The position numbers and the translations under genes were made by a program. From Candidatus Nitrospinota bacterium M3_3B_026 (GTDB lineage Bacteria; Nitrospinota_A; UBA7883; JBPRGF01), in assembly GCA_051418015.1 (NCBI GenBank), contig JBPRGF010000003.1, forward strand, positions 1 to 64,000: 64,000 nucleotides of DNA, read 5' to 3'. Position 1 is the stretch's first letter; each line of letters opens with the position of its first letter. Of the stretch, positions 19,458 to 29,185 are shown in pieces. The notes below the pieces were generated by a model, which saw only the letters and a program-made list of their open reading frames with translations, searched no databases and had not been told where the DNA came from.

Positions 19458-20507
19458 ATGAGCAAGACCTTTAAACCCACGTTCACGATCACCAACCGGA
19501 TCACCGCCGGGCTGACCCGCATCGAGCGGGCCCGGGGGTTTTTGGAAGCCGCGGCTTTGTCCGAGGCTTGGGTGAGGGAGATGGGACGCCGTGCGTTGAT
19601 CTTGGAAGCCCACCACACCACGCATATCGAGGGAACGCGCTTGACCTTGGATCAGGCCGAGAAGCTCCTGGAAGGCAAGCCGGTCCCCGAGGCCGATCCC
19701 GATGATGTGCGGGAACTGCTGAACTACAAGAAAGCCTTTGAGTTCGTTTCCGAGTATCTCGAAAACGGCGGTCCGATCACGGATGGCCTGGTTCGGGAAA
19801 TTCACAAGCGGCTCGTCGAGGGCGTGCGAGGCGGAGCTGCTGCTCCCGGCGAGTACCGGAGAATCCAGAACTACGTGGTCAATTCCGTGACCGGCGAGAC
19901 GGTCTACACACCGCCCCCGGCGCACGATGTGCCGATCATGATGGCGGAGATGGTGGACTGGCTGAACCAGGAGAAGGAGGTTCACCCGGTTCTGGTGAGC
20001 GGCACCTCTCAGTTCCAGTTCGTGCATATCCACCCGTTCCTGGATGGCAACGGCCGGACATCCCGGCTGCTCTCAACCTTGTGCCTCTACCGGGCCGGGT
20101 ACGACTTCAAGCGGCTGTTTACAATCAGCGAATACTACGACCGAGACCGGCCGGCATTCTATCGGGCTATCCAGAGCGTCCGCGAGCACGGGATGGACAT
20201 GACCGGCTGGCTGGAATATTTCGTCGAGGGGTTGACTACCCAGCTTGCTGAAGTCAGGGAACGTGGCGAGCAGGCCATCCGAAGGGACGTACTGGTCAAA
20301 GAGCACCGGCTTTCGGACCGCCAAGCCAAAGCCCTCGCCTACATCCTGGAGCACGGCAGTATGACCATCCAGGATTTCGAGGGCTTATGCCCCGATGTCA
20401 ACCGCCGGTCTCTGCAACGAGACCTGAAAGCGATGGTGGACCGAGGATTGATCGTCACCGAGGGTGAAACTCACCAACTGCTCTACCGGCTCGCAGCAAG
20501 GGATTGA
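19458..20507 (+). CDS. Fic-family protein with C-terminal wHTH
   Basis: [12 protein letters not shown] catalytic motif, TTHIEG inhibitory motif, RRSLQRDL wHTH. Confidence 0.93.
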   Translation: MSKTFKPTFTITNRITAGLTRIERARGFLEAAALSEAWVREMGRRALILEAHHTTHIEGTRLTLDQAEKLLEGKPVPEADPDDVRELLNYKKAFEFVSEYLENGGPITDGLVREIHKRLVEGVRGGAAAPGEYRRIQNYVVNSVTGETVYTPPPAHDVPIMMAEMVDWLNQEKEVHPVLVSGTSQFQFVHIHPFLDGNGRTSRLLSTLCLYRAGYDFKRLFTISEYYDRDRPAFYRAIQSVREHGMDMTGWLEYFVEGLTTQLAEVRERGEQAIRRDVLVKEHRLSDRQAKALAYILEHGSMTIQDFEGLCPDVNRRSLQRDLKAMVDRGLIVTEGETHQLLYRLAARD

Positions 20508-20508
20508 A

Positions 20509-20564
20509 CTTTGCGACAAGTTCGCGACAATGTTTACGACACGTTTACGACAGCCTTTGCGACA
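20509..20564 (+). repeat. Five tandem TTYRCGACA units with 11-12 bp period
   Basis: CGACA cores at 20514, 20525, 20537, 20548, 20560. Confidence 0.8.
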
Positions 20565-20755
20565 CACACGGCCAGGCTGGGTGACAGGGAAATGTAATTT
20601 GACACCGCTTCCGGTCGCTACGCAACGGCCTGCTCTTTGATAACTAGTTGATTATAGTAGGATTACTACTCAAGGGCCGAATGGAGAACGGTTATGAAGA
20701 GGGTTGCACACGGGGAGCCAGTTGAGGCGACTGTGAAAATACAGGCGGCTTGGGT

Positions 20756-21046
20756 TTAACCAGTCTTCAATCCCTTGGGCGCTTTGTAAGGCATCCCAGC
20801 CCTTTCGCAGATTTTTTCCGCAGCTTCGTTGAGGTTTTGAGTGGCACGCTCAAAATCTTCCAAAAGAGGAATGACTTCTTCTGCCGGATAGTGGACGAGC
20901 AGGCCGTTGCGTAGCGACCGGATTCCGCGGTCGGCCTGCCTGGCGATATGGACAACACGTCGCGTGTCGGGGACACGGACTACGATCTGCCAGAGGTTTC
21001 TGTCGAACTGAGCGTTTTCTCTCTTGACTAGTTTGTTCTCGCTCAT
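20756..21046 (-). CDS. Hypothetical protein, last gene of mobilisation operon
   Basis: 96 aa, AAGGA RBS, co-oriented with operon. Confidence 0.65.
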   Translation of the reverse strand: MSENKLVKRENAQFDRNLWQIVVRVPDTRRVVHIARQADRGIRSLRNGLLVHYPAEEVIPLLEDFERATQNLNEAAEKICERAGMPYKAPKGLKTG

Positions 21047-21061
21047 TTTGATTTCCTTTCT

Positions 21062-21769
21062 TTATCGTTCAGTGAACTTGTTTCGGTTTTTATAAGCGTT
21101 GATGGCCACGCTCGTGACCGGGATCAGCACGAATACTATCGTCGTAAGCACAACGAACCACGACGCGGTGAGAAGCACGGGCCGGAAGTCCATCGCCAGG
21201 TAGTAGATGCTGGTCAGGGCATCGTCGGTTATCCAGCCGGAGAGGAAACGAAAGGCACCGGATGCCTGATCCGGCGTTGACTGCACATACAACCAATGGA
21301 AAAGGATCACCGCCAGGATCATCTTGGTGATAGCGCCGGTGATCGAGCCACCAAGGAGGTTTCTGATCATCCGCTTCGTGAAAGGCCCGGCGTAATACTT
21401 GCCGACCGAGCCGATGAAGATGGCGTATCCGATGGGAAACCCCATGGCGAGAATGAAGACGAAAAGCTTGTCGTAGAGGGTAGGCTCGTTGTCTCCAAAC
21501 GCCGGAAGAACTTTTTCCACCACTCCTATGGCCAACGGCGAGCATAGGGCGCTTACCAATCCAGAGATGAACGCCGCCTTGAAGCCGACCTCGAAGAAGG
21601 TCAGCATGTTTTCCAGGGTGAAGTAGTCCGCGTCGACTTTGCCGCCACGTTTTTCGACGGCGTAGAACTGCTGTATCTCCGATATGGCCGCCACCAAGCC
21701 TTTGGGCATGATTGGCGGGGCGGTGGCGATGATGACGTTGCCCCCTCCGCCGGATCGTTCCTCAGCCAT
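21062..21769 (-). CDS. Multi-pass membrane protein of mobilisation operon
   Basis: About 4 hydrophobic segments; overlaps the upstream gene. Confidence 0.75.
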   Translation of the reverse strand: MAEERSGGGGNVIIATAPPIMPKGLVAAISEIQQFYAVEKRGGKVDADYFTLENMLTFFEVGFKAAFISGLVSALCSPLAIGVVEKVLPAFGDNEPTLYDKLFVFILAMGFPIGYAIFIGSVGKYYAGPFTKRMIRNLLGGSITGAITKMILAVILFHWLYVQSTPDQASGAFRFLSGWITDDALTSIYYLAMDFRPVLLTASWFVVLTTIVFVLIPVTSVAINAYKNRNKFTER

Positions 21770-22016
21770 CGATCAGCCCCATGAGCTTCAGCGCCCACGC
21801 ACCGTAAGTAATTAAGAGAGCCAGGACGAAGAACCAGAGCCCGATGAAGAATTGCTGGCGCCGCACTCCGTACCAGAAGGAGAGCGTCAAAAATGCCGCG
21901 GCGGACACCCGCGCCCAGAAGCCGTTAAGGATCGTGTGGAACAGCGCGCTCCAGTATTTGACGTACTCGTCGGGTGTGAAGTGGTTGAGCGGGTCGAGAT
22001 ATTCCAGCGCGTCCAT
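21762..22016 (-). CDS. Small two-TM membrane protein
   Basis: 84 aa hydrophobic; tightly packed in operon. Confidence 0.65.
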   Translation of the reverse strand: MDALEYLDPLNHFTPDEYVKYWSALFHTILNGFWARVSAAAFLTLSFWYGVRRQQFFIGLWFFVLALLITYGAWALKLMGLIDG

Positions 22017-22019
22017 TGT

Positions 22020-23351
22020 TCACTCGTACTTTGGGCTGACGTCGACGATGTCGCGGATTTTGCCTTCCTTGATCGCCTCGAGTTCTGAGACGGTCTCGGC
22101 GAAGGCCTCGGCCCTGAACGGCGTGTAGAAACCTTTCAGCGTTTTGCCGTCCCGCATCCTGACGACGAACTCGCCGCCGAAGTAGCCTTCCCTGATCAGG
22201 TCCTCGGCGATGACGCCGTATCCGCGCAGGCGGTTGACGACGGTTAGCAGGACTCCGCGCCGCAGCTCTTCATCGGCGGCGGCCATGGCGATCAGGCCAT
22301 CGTTGACTTCCTTTCCCAACGCTTCGGCCGCCTCCCACATTGCTTTCGCCTGGACATAGACATAACCGTCGCTCATGGAGAAGGCCACCCAGCGTCCACC
22401 TTCCATCCGGTTGACGCGCGGCTTGAGTATTTCAAAGAACCGCGCCGGCGAGAACCAGGGGAGATCGACTTCACCGGGTTTTTCAGTTTTAGTCTTTGCA
22501 GCTTTATCCACCTGCGATGGCGTTGAAGATGTTTTCTCCAGAGCCGAAATACCGCTCGCGACCGCCGCCACACTTTCTTCTTCATTAGATGATCTGGCAT
22601 GATCCGCCAGCTCTTGTCGTCGGGCTCTCTGGTCGGCCTCGCGTAGCGATTGCGAGAACGTATCACGCGACCTGCCATGATGATCACGCACGGCCTGGAG
22701 AATTTCCTTCGCGTAGGTCAGCTTTTTAAATTGCGGGATCGTCTCCAGTGCCGTGACGCTGAACAAAGGATGATCGCCCAGTGAATAGCCGGATTTTCTG
22801 TAGCTCGGGAGCTTGCCGATATCGTGTGCCAGCGCGGCAATGACGGACTTCACGACACTCGGCCCGGTCTCATTCTCTCCAATCATCTCTTCAGCGACGT
22901 GAATCGTGTGCATATAGAGCGGCACCTTCGCCAATATGTCGAACGTGTTCTTCTCAAGACTAGCTTCCGGATCTCCTTCCGTTCCCACTACCGAAGGACA
23001 TTCTCCTTCCCTGTCCAATAGCTTCAAAAGCTCTTGCGCTACTTCACCGGCGGCGCCGTTGAAGTATGGCCTACCGTCAATGTAAGCCTCATAGAAACGT
23101 TTTATCTCCACGTTCTCGAAATGGGCGTGTTCGATGCTCTCTTCAACAGCTTGCATATCCGCTCTCCACAGCCTCGCGATCTCTTCGATGCGCAACGCCG
23201 TCTCCTTCCGTTTGCTCCACAGACCCGAGATGCGCTCCAGCGCGATCCTCCTCTTGCTCGATTCCTTCCGCGAGGGAATCATCAGCGAAAGCGGCGCGAA
23301 TGCCATGAGCATTAATCCCATAAACAAAGCCATCCATATCCCATCACTCAT
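22020..23351 (-). CDS. HD-domain relaxase-like protein (MobH/TraI_2 type) with N-terminal TM helix
   Basis: LYMHT, LAHDIGK, HP, DHH, ADQ HD-hydrolase pattern; adjacent to T4CP. Confidence 0.72.
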   Translation of the reverse strand: MSDGIWMALFMGLMLMAFAPLSLMIPSRKESSKRRIALERISGLWSKRKETALRIEEIARLWRADMQAVEESIEHAHFENVEIKRFYEAYIDGRPYFNGAAGEVAQELLKLLDREGECPSVVGTEGDPEASLEKNTFDILAKVPLYMHTIHVAEEMIGENETGPSVVKSVIAALAHDIGKLPSYRKSGYSLGDHPLFSVTALETIPQFKKLTYAKEILQAVRDHHGRSRDTFSQSLREADQRARRQELADHARSSNEEESVAAVASGISALEKTSSTPSQVDKAAKTKTEKPGEVDLPWFSPARFFEILKPRVNRMEGGRWVAFSMSDGYVYVQAKAMWEAAEALGKEVNDGLIAMAAADEELRRGVLLTVVNRLRGYGVIAEDLIREGYFGGEFVVRMRDGKTLKGFYTPFRAEAFAETVSELEAIKEGKIRDIVDVSPKYE

Positions 23352-24690
23352 CTATTGGCGCTTCCGGGAAGCGGATGTCGAGGTACAGCTCGGACTCGTC
23401 CTTCGTTCTGCCCTTGTACATGCCGGAGTAGGTCAGCATATAAAACTCCCGCGCCTTGAGGTTCAGAAGGTCCGAGGGCTGCAGCGTCTCCTCCTCGATC
23501 TCGCGCATTGAGATTCCTCCGCCGACGTTCAATATCGGCGAGAAGGTTTTTATTTCGCCGAAGTGGGATGCGGCGTAAGCGGCAGTGGCGGAATCCGGCA
23601 CGCGCATGAATATTTTTGAGTTTGTGTTGTCCAGGATCACGTTGCCGTAATCCTTGCCCAGCGCGGCGTACAGCTGGGAGACCGACTGGCAGAAACCGTG
23701 CAGCCACACACCCGCCCCGCCAGCCTTGGCGAAGAGATCATCTATGCCGAAGTAGAGCAGGCTCTGCGCCTCGTCCATATGGAGACATAGCGGAGGGTTC
23801 ACCTTGCCGCCGGATGAAAATACTCGCCCCACGAAGCTCTGGATCATGGAGACGACAACCTTGCCAACGGTGAAGGCGGCTTTACGTGTCAGCAATGAAC
23901 CAAGTTGCGCGACCATGATGACCCGTTCGCCGCGCTGAAGCCTTTTTATGAAACGGTTCTCGTCCGCCTTGCCGATTATCTTCCCGATGTTGCCGGAGGT
24001 GAGCTCCATCAGCGCCACGCGAAGGCTCGACGACACTTTGCCGTAATAGTCCTGTGGCGACTCCACGATCTTCATCATGTCCTGCGCGAGCTGCCGTGCG
24101 TCATCGGAGTCGATGGCTTCTATCTCGGTCATGAGTTTTTCCAGCGATGCTTTGCTCATCAGGTTTTTGACGTCGTTCAGGTTGAAGGTCGGCCGCCTGC
24201 CTTCGCACTCGGCCAGCATGATGAGAGCCTGGACGATCACCAGGCTGATCTCGTAGGCGACGTTGTAGAAGAACCGCTCCTTGCCGACCTCCACGCCGGA
24301 GACGATGTGCCCCACAAGCTCCTCCGGCATGTAGTAGTGCGAAAGCGGATCAAGGATGGCGGACACCTGGGGGAATATCGGCGTCACGAGGATGAGCTCA
24401 TCGTGGCGGCCCTCCTCGAACGCGGTCTGGACGATCTTCGAGAAAAGCTTGATGTCACCTTTGGGGTCGATCACGACTACCGAGCACCCCTTGCGGATGT
24501 CCTGCTCCACCAGGTTCTCCATGATCTTGGTCTTGCCAACACGCGTCGTGCCGAAGCACCAGAGGTGGCCTTTGCGGTCGTCGTCTGGGATGGTGATGGA
24601 CTTGGACTCACTGATTGTGGACAGGTCGAACCCCTCGCCCAGCGTCGTCTCTGTGGATTTCCCGTTTCGCCCTAAAATCCCGAAGACCAT
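23344..24690 (-). CDS. traD: TraD/VirD4-type coupling protein lacking TM segments
   Basis: GTTRVGKT Walker A, IDPKGD, DEA Walker B, Q...QL, ILDNTNSKIFMR. Confidence 0.85.
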   Translation of the reverse strand: MVFGILGRNGKSTETTLGEGFDLSTISESKSITIPDDDRKGHLWCFGTTRVGKTKIMENLVEQDIRKGCSVVVIDPKGDIKLFSKIVQTAFEEGRHDELILVTPIFPQVSAILDPLSHYYMPEELVGHIVSGVEVGKERFFYNVAYEISLVIVQALIMLAECEGRRPTFNLNDVKNLMSKASLEKLMTEIEAIDSDDARQLAQDMMKIVESPQDYYGKVSSSLRVALMELTSGNIGKIIGKADENRFIKRLQRGERVIMVAQLGSLLTRKAAFTVGKVVVSMIQSFVGRVFSSGGKVNPPLCLHMDEAQSLLYFGIDDLFAKAGGAGVWLHGFCQSVSQLYAALGKDYGNVILDNTNSKIFMRVPDSATAAYAASHFGEIKTFSPILNVGGGISMREIEEETLQPSDLLNLKAREFYMLTYSGMYKGRTKDESELYLDIRFPEAPIDE

Positions 24691-25400
24691 CGAACCTTTA
24701 TCCTTTCCCCAAGGTGATAGGAGACGCGCTTTATCGCATCCCGCGGTAGTGATCTATCCGAGCGGATATCGCTGACCACGCCGGGGAGTCGGCGGACACA
24801 CTCGATGCGCGCATATCCGCTGGTCTCCTGCTGTAACAGCAACTCGACAAATCTTCTTGATTCCCGGCTGAGCTGGATGTTCAGACGAGGCGGTTCGTCT
24901 TCATCTTTATCTTTAGCGGTGACTTTCAAAACGTGGAAAGGAAGGCGCTCTCCACGAGAGTATGTCCCTCTCTCATGTGGCGGTTGATGGCGCAGGAGGC
25001 ACGTTCCCACCACGCCTTCGACCAAACCCGCTTCGATCATGACGTAAAGATCACCAGCGGCGTTTATATTGAAAACGGTCCCATGTATGAGCGTGTTGAC
25101 CAAATACGAGAACTTTCCATGGTCTTTGATGGTGGACCGTTCATGCAGGCTATGCTCGATGCATTTTTTCACTGCGGCGAACGCGCTTCGCGATACATGC
25201 CTCAACCGCTCGGCCTTTACGCCCACCAACGATTCACGGTAAGTTTTGGCCACGAAGACGCCGTTCTCGTCGAAAAAGCCTTCCACATCGAGCTTGAGCT
25301 TCGAGGTGAGGCTCATCGTGATCGCCCTTTCGATCTCCTCCCGCACGATCTCCTCGGGCAAACCGTATTTCTCCACAAGCTCGCTGACATCAATGGCCAT
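24672..25400 (-). CDS. Truncated NusA-like protein (NTD-S1-KH1)
   Basis: Helical N-terminus (KYGLPEEIVREEIERAI), S1-like region ending IQLSR...FVELL..QE, RRLPG and LGERIKVRWS matching the NusA KH1 pattern. Confidence 0.65.
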   Translation of the reverse strand: MAIDVSELVEKYGLPEEIVREEIERAITMSLTSKLKLDVEGFFDENGVFVAKTYRESLVGVKAERLRHVSRSAFAAVKKCIEHSLHERSTIKDHGKFSYLVNTLIHGTVFNINAAGDLYVMIEAGLVEGVVGTCLLRHQPPHERGTYSRGERLPFHVLKVTAKDKDEDEPPRLNIQLSRESRRFVELLLQQETSGYARIECVRRLPGVVSDIRSDRSLPRDAIKRVSYHLGERIKVRWSSGF

Positions 25401-25480
25401 TGCTCAACCGGGGAATTCATGGAAATCGAGGATAGGATGAGTGCGGAAGTTAGAGCGAGGCCTATGCTACCGGCCACCGG

Positions 25481-25912
25481 TCATTCCCCGGTGTCGACCG
25501 GCTCCTCGACGTCCTCGTCCGCCGAAGGCTCCGGCGAAGTCTCCACGCCATCCGGCTCGGCCGAAGCCTCGGCCTCCGTTTCCGTGTCTCGCCGATGCGG
25601 CAAGAACTTCACCCTGCTGGCGATGATTTCCATCTTCTTCCCCTTCTGGCCGTCACGCTCCCAAACGCGCTCACGAAGCCTGCCCTCCACCAGCACCGGC
25701 GAGCCCTTGGCCAGATACTGCCTGCACGTCTCCGCTTGTGGGCCGAAGACAACGGAGTTGATGAACAGCGTCTCGATAATCGTCTCGCCATCCGGCCGTT
25801 TTAGCCCAACGTTACACGCCACCGGCAGGCGTGTGACAGACGTTCCCGAAACGCTCTCCCAGAACTCAGGATCCCTTGTCAGGTTCCCAGCGATGATTAC
25901 CCGATTGAACAT
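25481..25912 (-). CDS. ssb: Single-stranded DNA-binding protein (element-encoded)
   Basis: MFNRVIIAGNLTRDPE...YLAKGSPVLVEGRL, acidic tail. Confidence 0.92.
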   Translation of the reverse strand: MFNRVIIAGNLTRDPEFWESVSGTSVTRLPVACNVGLKRPDGETIIETLFINSVVFGPQAETCRQYLAKGSPVLVEGRLRERVWERDGQKGKKMEIIASRVKFLPHRRDTETEAEASAEPDGVETSPEPSADEDVEEPVDTGE

Positions 25913-26127
25913 CGTTTCCTCCCTTATGATTTGCTCATCGCGCCGCGCAAAATGATCGGGCGCGGCTTCTCTACCTATATGTTCATGAACCGGCAAGACG
26001 CCAAAGGAAGACAATATGAGCCCTGGTCAAAACCCTGTCCTGTATTTCTCAGAGAAAAGGAAAATCCAGATCAGGCCGAAAAATTTCCGCGGCGAAAAAA
26101 ATTTTAAATATTTTTCGATTCCGCGGG

Positions 26128-26151
26128 GTGTGGGGAATAGTGTGGGGAATA
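26128..26151. repeat. Perfect 12-bp tandem repeat, possible integrase arm-type sites
   Basis: GTGTGGGGAATA x2, 43 bp from the tRNA 3' end. Confidence 0.6.
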
Positions 26152-26194
26152 ACCTTAGCGGATTACTCGGAAATTCCGTAAGTCATTGAAAAAA

Positions 26195-26270
<76 letters not shown>

Positions 26271-26370
26271 AGAGACAGTTTACACGAACGGGCGTCTGAA
26301 TCAAAGACCGCGGCCGATTTCCCGCGGCTTTCCATCGGCGCGGGGCGGCGTTCGCGCGGGGCGTGGGCTC

Positions 26371-27114
26371 TCAGGGTTTGCCGCGCCAGGATTTCTGTTC
26401 CACGTCTTTGTTTATTTTCAGAAGCTCCGGTCTTCTATCGAGCAACTCGGCGGCGCTCCTTGCGTCGAAGGGCGCCCCGGCCAGGGCGCGGTGAACCTGC
26501 CGCAAAAACTCAAGGTCCTCCGCCGTATCCACCGTCAGCCTCCATGACCGGCCGGCGAGATAAGCGGGGGGCGTTGTCCGGTTCAGGCGGAAGAAGGCAG
26601 GGTTCGAGTAGATATAAGGCGTTACGTGCTCCCGGCTCGCGGCGTCCCGGGCCTCCCGCCATGCCTTCTCCAGGGCGGAGGCGGACAGAATTTCCGCCGC
26701 CGAGCCGAGCGGGACGGGGCCCGCCGCGCCGGTGTAGCCGGCCCCGGCTTCCATGTGGCTTCGGATCATGTCGTCCAGGAATGCGCTGTCGAGCAGGGGG
26801 TTGTCGGCGGTGGCGCGGACGATCGTCTCCGCCGGATAGTCAAGGACGGCGCCGTGGAACCTGTCCAGCACGTCCTCCTCGCTGCCGCGGAACAGCGGTA
26901 TCCTCCGGGCCGCGGCGAACTCCTCCACCGCGTCATCGGCCGCGGAGACCGATGTGGCCACGACCACGCGGTCGACAAGCTCCGCGCTCCGCAGCCGCTC
27001 CGCCACCCATCCCAGGATCGTCTTCTCCCCTATTTTCTCCAGGACTTTGCCGGGCAGCCTCGTCGAGGCCATCCGCGCCTGGATGACGGCCTGTGTTCGC
27101 GCCTTCACGGTCAT
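26371..27114 (-). CDS. Cytidylyltransferase-family protein (SpsF-like)
   Basis: [38 protein letters not shown]. Confidence 0.88.
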   Translation of the reverse strand: MTVKARTQAVIQARMASTRLPGKVLEKIGEKTILGWVAERLRSAELVDRVVVATSVSAADDAVEEFAAARRIPLFRGSEEDVLDRFHGAVLDYPAETIVRATADNPLLDSAFLDDMIRSHMEAGAGYTGAAGPVPLGSAAEILSASALEKAWREARDAASREHVTPYIYSNPAFFRLNRTTPPAYLAGRSWRLTVDTAEDLEFLRQVHRALAGAPFDARSAAELLDRRPELLKINKDVEQKSWRGKP

Positions 27115-27241
27115 GAAAAAAGAATACCCCACGCTAAAGGCGCCGGGCAAAATAGTTGTCATCACACCGGCGGCGGTCTTTGGTTTTTCTCCGGCCCGGT
27201 ATACAATACACCCCCTGAATCGAACCATACCGGGAGACAAG

Positions 27242-28447
27242 ATGCGCAAGATAAAGAAAGCGGTGCTGGCCTACTCCGGCGGGCTGGACACCTCTGTGAT
27301 CGTCCGCTGGCTGCGAGAGACCTACGGCTGCGAGGTAGTCTGCTTCGCCGCGGACCTGGGGCAGGGCGAGGAGCTCAAACCCCTCAATAAAAAAGCCAAA
27401 CAGGCCGGAGCCTCCAAGCTGGTCGTGCGCGACCTGAAGGAGACGTTCGTAAAGGACTTCGTGTTTCCCATGCTGCGGGCCAACGCGGTCTACGAAGGGT
27501 CGTACCTGCTCGGCACGTCGATCGCCCGGCCGCTGATCGCCCGGGAGCAGGCGGCGATCGCCAAATCCGAGGGGGCCGACGCCGTCGCCCACGGCGCCAC
27601 GGGCAAGGGCAACGACCAGGTCCGCTTCGAGCTTGCCTACCAGGCCCTCGCCCCGAAGTTGAAGTGCATCGCCCCCTGGCGCGAGTGGGACCTGAACTCC
27701 CGCGAGGCATTGGTCGCTTACGCGAAGAAGTGGAAAATCCCCGTCCCGGTGACGAAGAAGAAGCCCTGGTCGATGGACCGCAACCTCCTGCACCTGTCCT
27801 TCGAGGGGGGCGTGCTGGAGGACCCGTGGGCCGCGCCGCCGGAGGAGATGTTCGTCCTCACGAAATCGCCGAAGAAGGCGCCGGACAGGGAGACCGTTAT
27901 CACCATCGACTATAAAAAGGGCGACCCCGTGGCCGTGAACGGAAAGAAGATGAGCCCGGCGAAGCTTCTGGCGCATCTGAACCGGCTGGCCGGGCGCAAC
28001 GGGATCGGGCGGGTCGATATCGTGGAGAACCGTTTCGTCGGGATGAAGTCGCGCGGCGTCTATGAGACGCCGGGGGGTACGGTCCTGCATACGGCGCACA
28101 GGGCCATCGAGTCGATCACGCTCGACCGGGAGGTTTTGAGTCTGCGCGATTCGCTGATCCCCAAATACGCCGAGATGGTTTACAACGGCTTCTGGTTCGC
28201 GCCCGAGCGAGAGACTCTGCAGACGCTGATCGACGAGGTTCAAAAACCCGTGACGGGTACCGTCCGCCTGTCGCTTTACAAGGGCGCCGTCACCGTCCTG
28301 GGGCGCAAGTCGCCCAACTCGCTGTTCGATCCCCGTTTCGCCACCTTCGAGGCCGACACCGTCTACGACCAGGCCGACGCGGAAGGTTTTATAAGATTGA
28401 ACGCGCTGCGGCTGAAGATACGCGCGATGATGGGGAGGAGGGGGTAG
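27242..28447 (+). CDS. argG: Argininosuccinate synthase
   Basis: [34 protein letters not shown]. Confidence 0.98.
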   Translation: MRKIKKAVLAYSGGLDTSVIVRWLRETYGCEVVCFAADLGQGEELKPLNKKAKQAGASKLVVRDLKETFVKDFVFPMLRANAVYEGSYLLGTSIARPLIAREQAAIAKSEGADAVAHGATGKGNDQVRFELAYQALAPKLKCIAPWREWDLNSREALVAYAKKWKIPVPVTKKKPWSMDRNLLHLSFEGGVLEDPWAAPPEEMFVLTKSPKKAPDRETVITIDYKKGDPVAVNGKKMSPAKLLAHLNRLAGRNGIGRVDIVENRFVGMKSRGVYETPGGTVLHTAHRAIESITLDREVLSLRDSLIPKYAEMVYNGFWFAPERETLQTLIDEVQKPVTGTVRLSLYKGAVTVLGRKSPNSLFDPRFATFEADTVYDQADAEGFIRLNALRLKIRAMMGRRG

Positions 28448-28452
28448 GGATC

Positions 28453-28872
28453 TTAGTCCGGGTCGCTGCCGGGTCTATGCCGCCCCACAAAAATACCCGC
28501 CAGGTTCGTCAGGGCGGTTAAAGAAATTACGGCGCCCCAAGGGTAACCTGCAAATATAACAACTCCAGACACAACCAACCCTGCCATAGATATGCCAAAA
28601 CCAAACCACTGTCCACGAGAAGCGTATTTTAATTGGCCGCGCAATGCCTCCGTTTCTTCGGTGTGCCTTGATTTCTGCTCGGCTTCCGCCATTGCGACAA
28701 TTCTTTCCGCCAGGCCGGGCAGGACATTTTCATAGTTTTGTAAAACTTCCGGATGTGGCAAAGGGCCGCTAAACCGTTGTTCCGCTAACACTTTAACGAT
28801 ATTCTCGGCTGTGTGCGGAAGGCTTTCTTCGGGAGGGGTGGTCGATGGGCGCTTTTTACGTTTATTAGACAT
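28453..28872 (-). CDS. DUF2335-type membrane protein
   Basis: FSGPLPHPEVL..YE..LPG.AERI..MAE.EQ..RH followed by 2 TM helices. Confidence 0.8.
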   Translation of the reverse strand: MSNKRKKRPSTTPPEESLPHTAENIVKVLAEQRFSGPLPHPEVLQNYENVLPGLAERIVAMAEAEQKSRHTEETEALRGQLKYASRGQWFGFGISMAGLVVSGVVIFAGYPWGAVISLTALTNLAGIFVGRHRPGSDPD

Positions 28873-29083
28873 TATCGACGGTTTCGTACCGTTTCATCAC
28901 TTCCTTAAGGTCATCGCCTACAGCTTGCCAGTCACTCACCATGTTCAACAGGTCTGATTCAAATCCATTTCGCGTAATGAATTCATCGTAATCATAGTCG
29001 AGTCCGCCATAAATACGATTCAGGCTCATGCCCCATAAAAAAGGATGTTTTTTCGCTAATATATTCTTCACGAAGTCGCTCAT
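28865..29083 (-). CDS. Small hypothetical protein coupled to the DUF2335 gene
   Basis: SDWQAVGDDL motif; overlaps the next gene. Confidence 0.65.
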   Translation of the reverse strand: MSDFVKNILAKKHPFLWGMSLNRIYGGLDYDYDEFITRNGFESDLLNMVSDWQAVGDDLKEVMKRYETVDNV

Positions 29084-29185
29084 GACAAACTCGACCTTGA
29101 CGCTACTTGCAAAACCACCATATCACCCATATCCAACACCACGTTTAAATGCTATCAAAAAATGCTCAAGATATTCAAAGCAAAT

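Larger units (their letters stand above)
1..26194. mobile_element. Integrative mobilisable/conjugative defence island inserted at tRNA-Lys (left end outside window)
   Basis: Abuts tRNA 3' end; mobilisation and defence cargo on one side, housekeeping genes on the other; visibly lower and patchier GC. Confidence 0.75.

Noticed and set aside
20509..20564. Possible CRISPR array
   Set aside because: Units are 11-12 bp with no spacers and no cas genes; no CRISPR array seen anywhere in the window
1..26194. Prophage interpretation of the island
   Set aside because: No capsid, terminase, tail or lysis genes; relaxase and T4CP point to an ICE/IME
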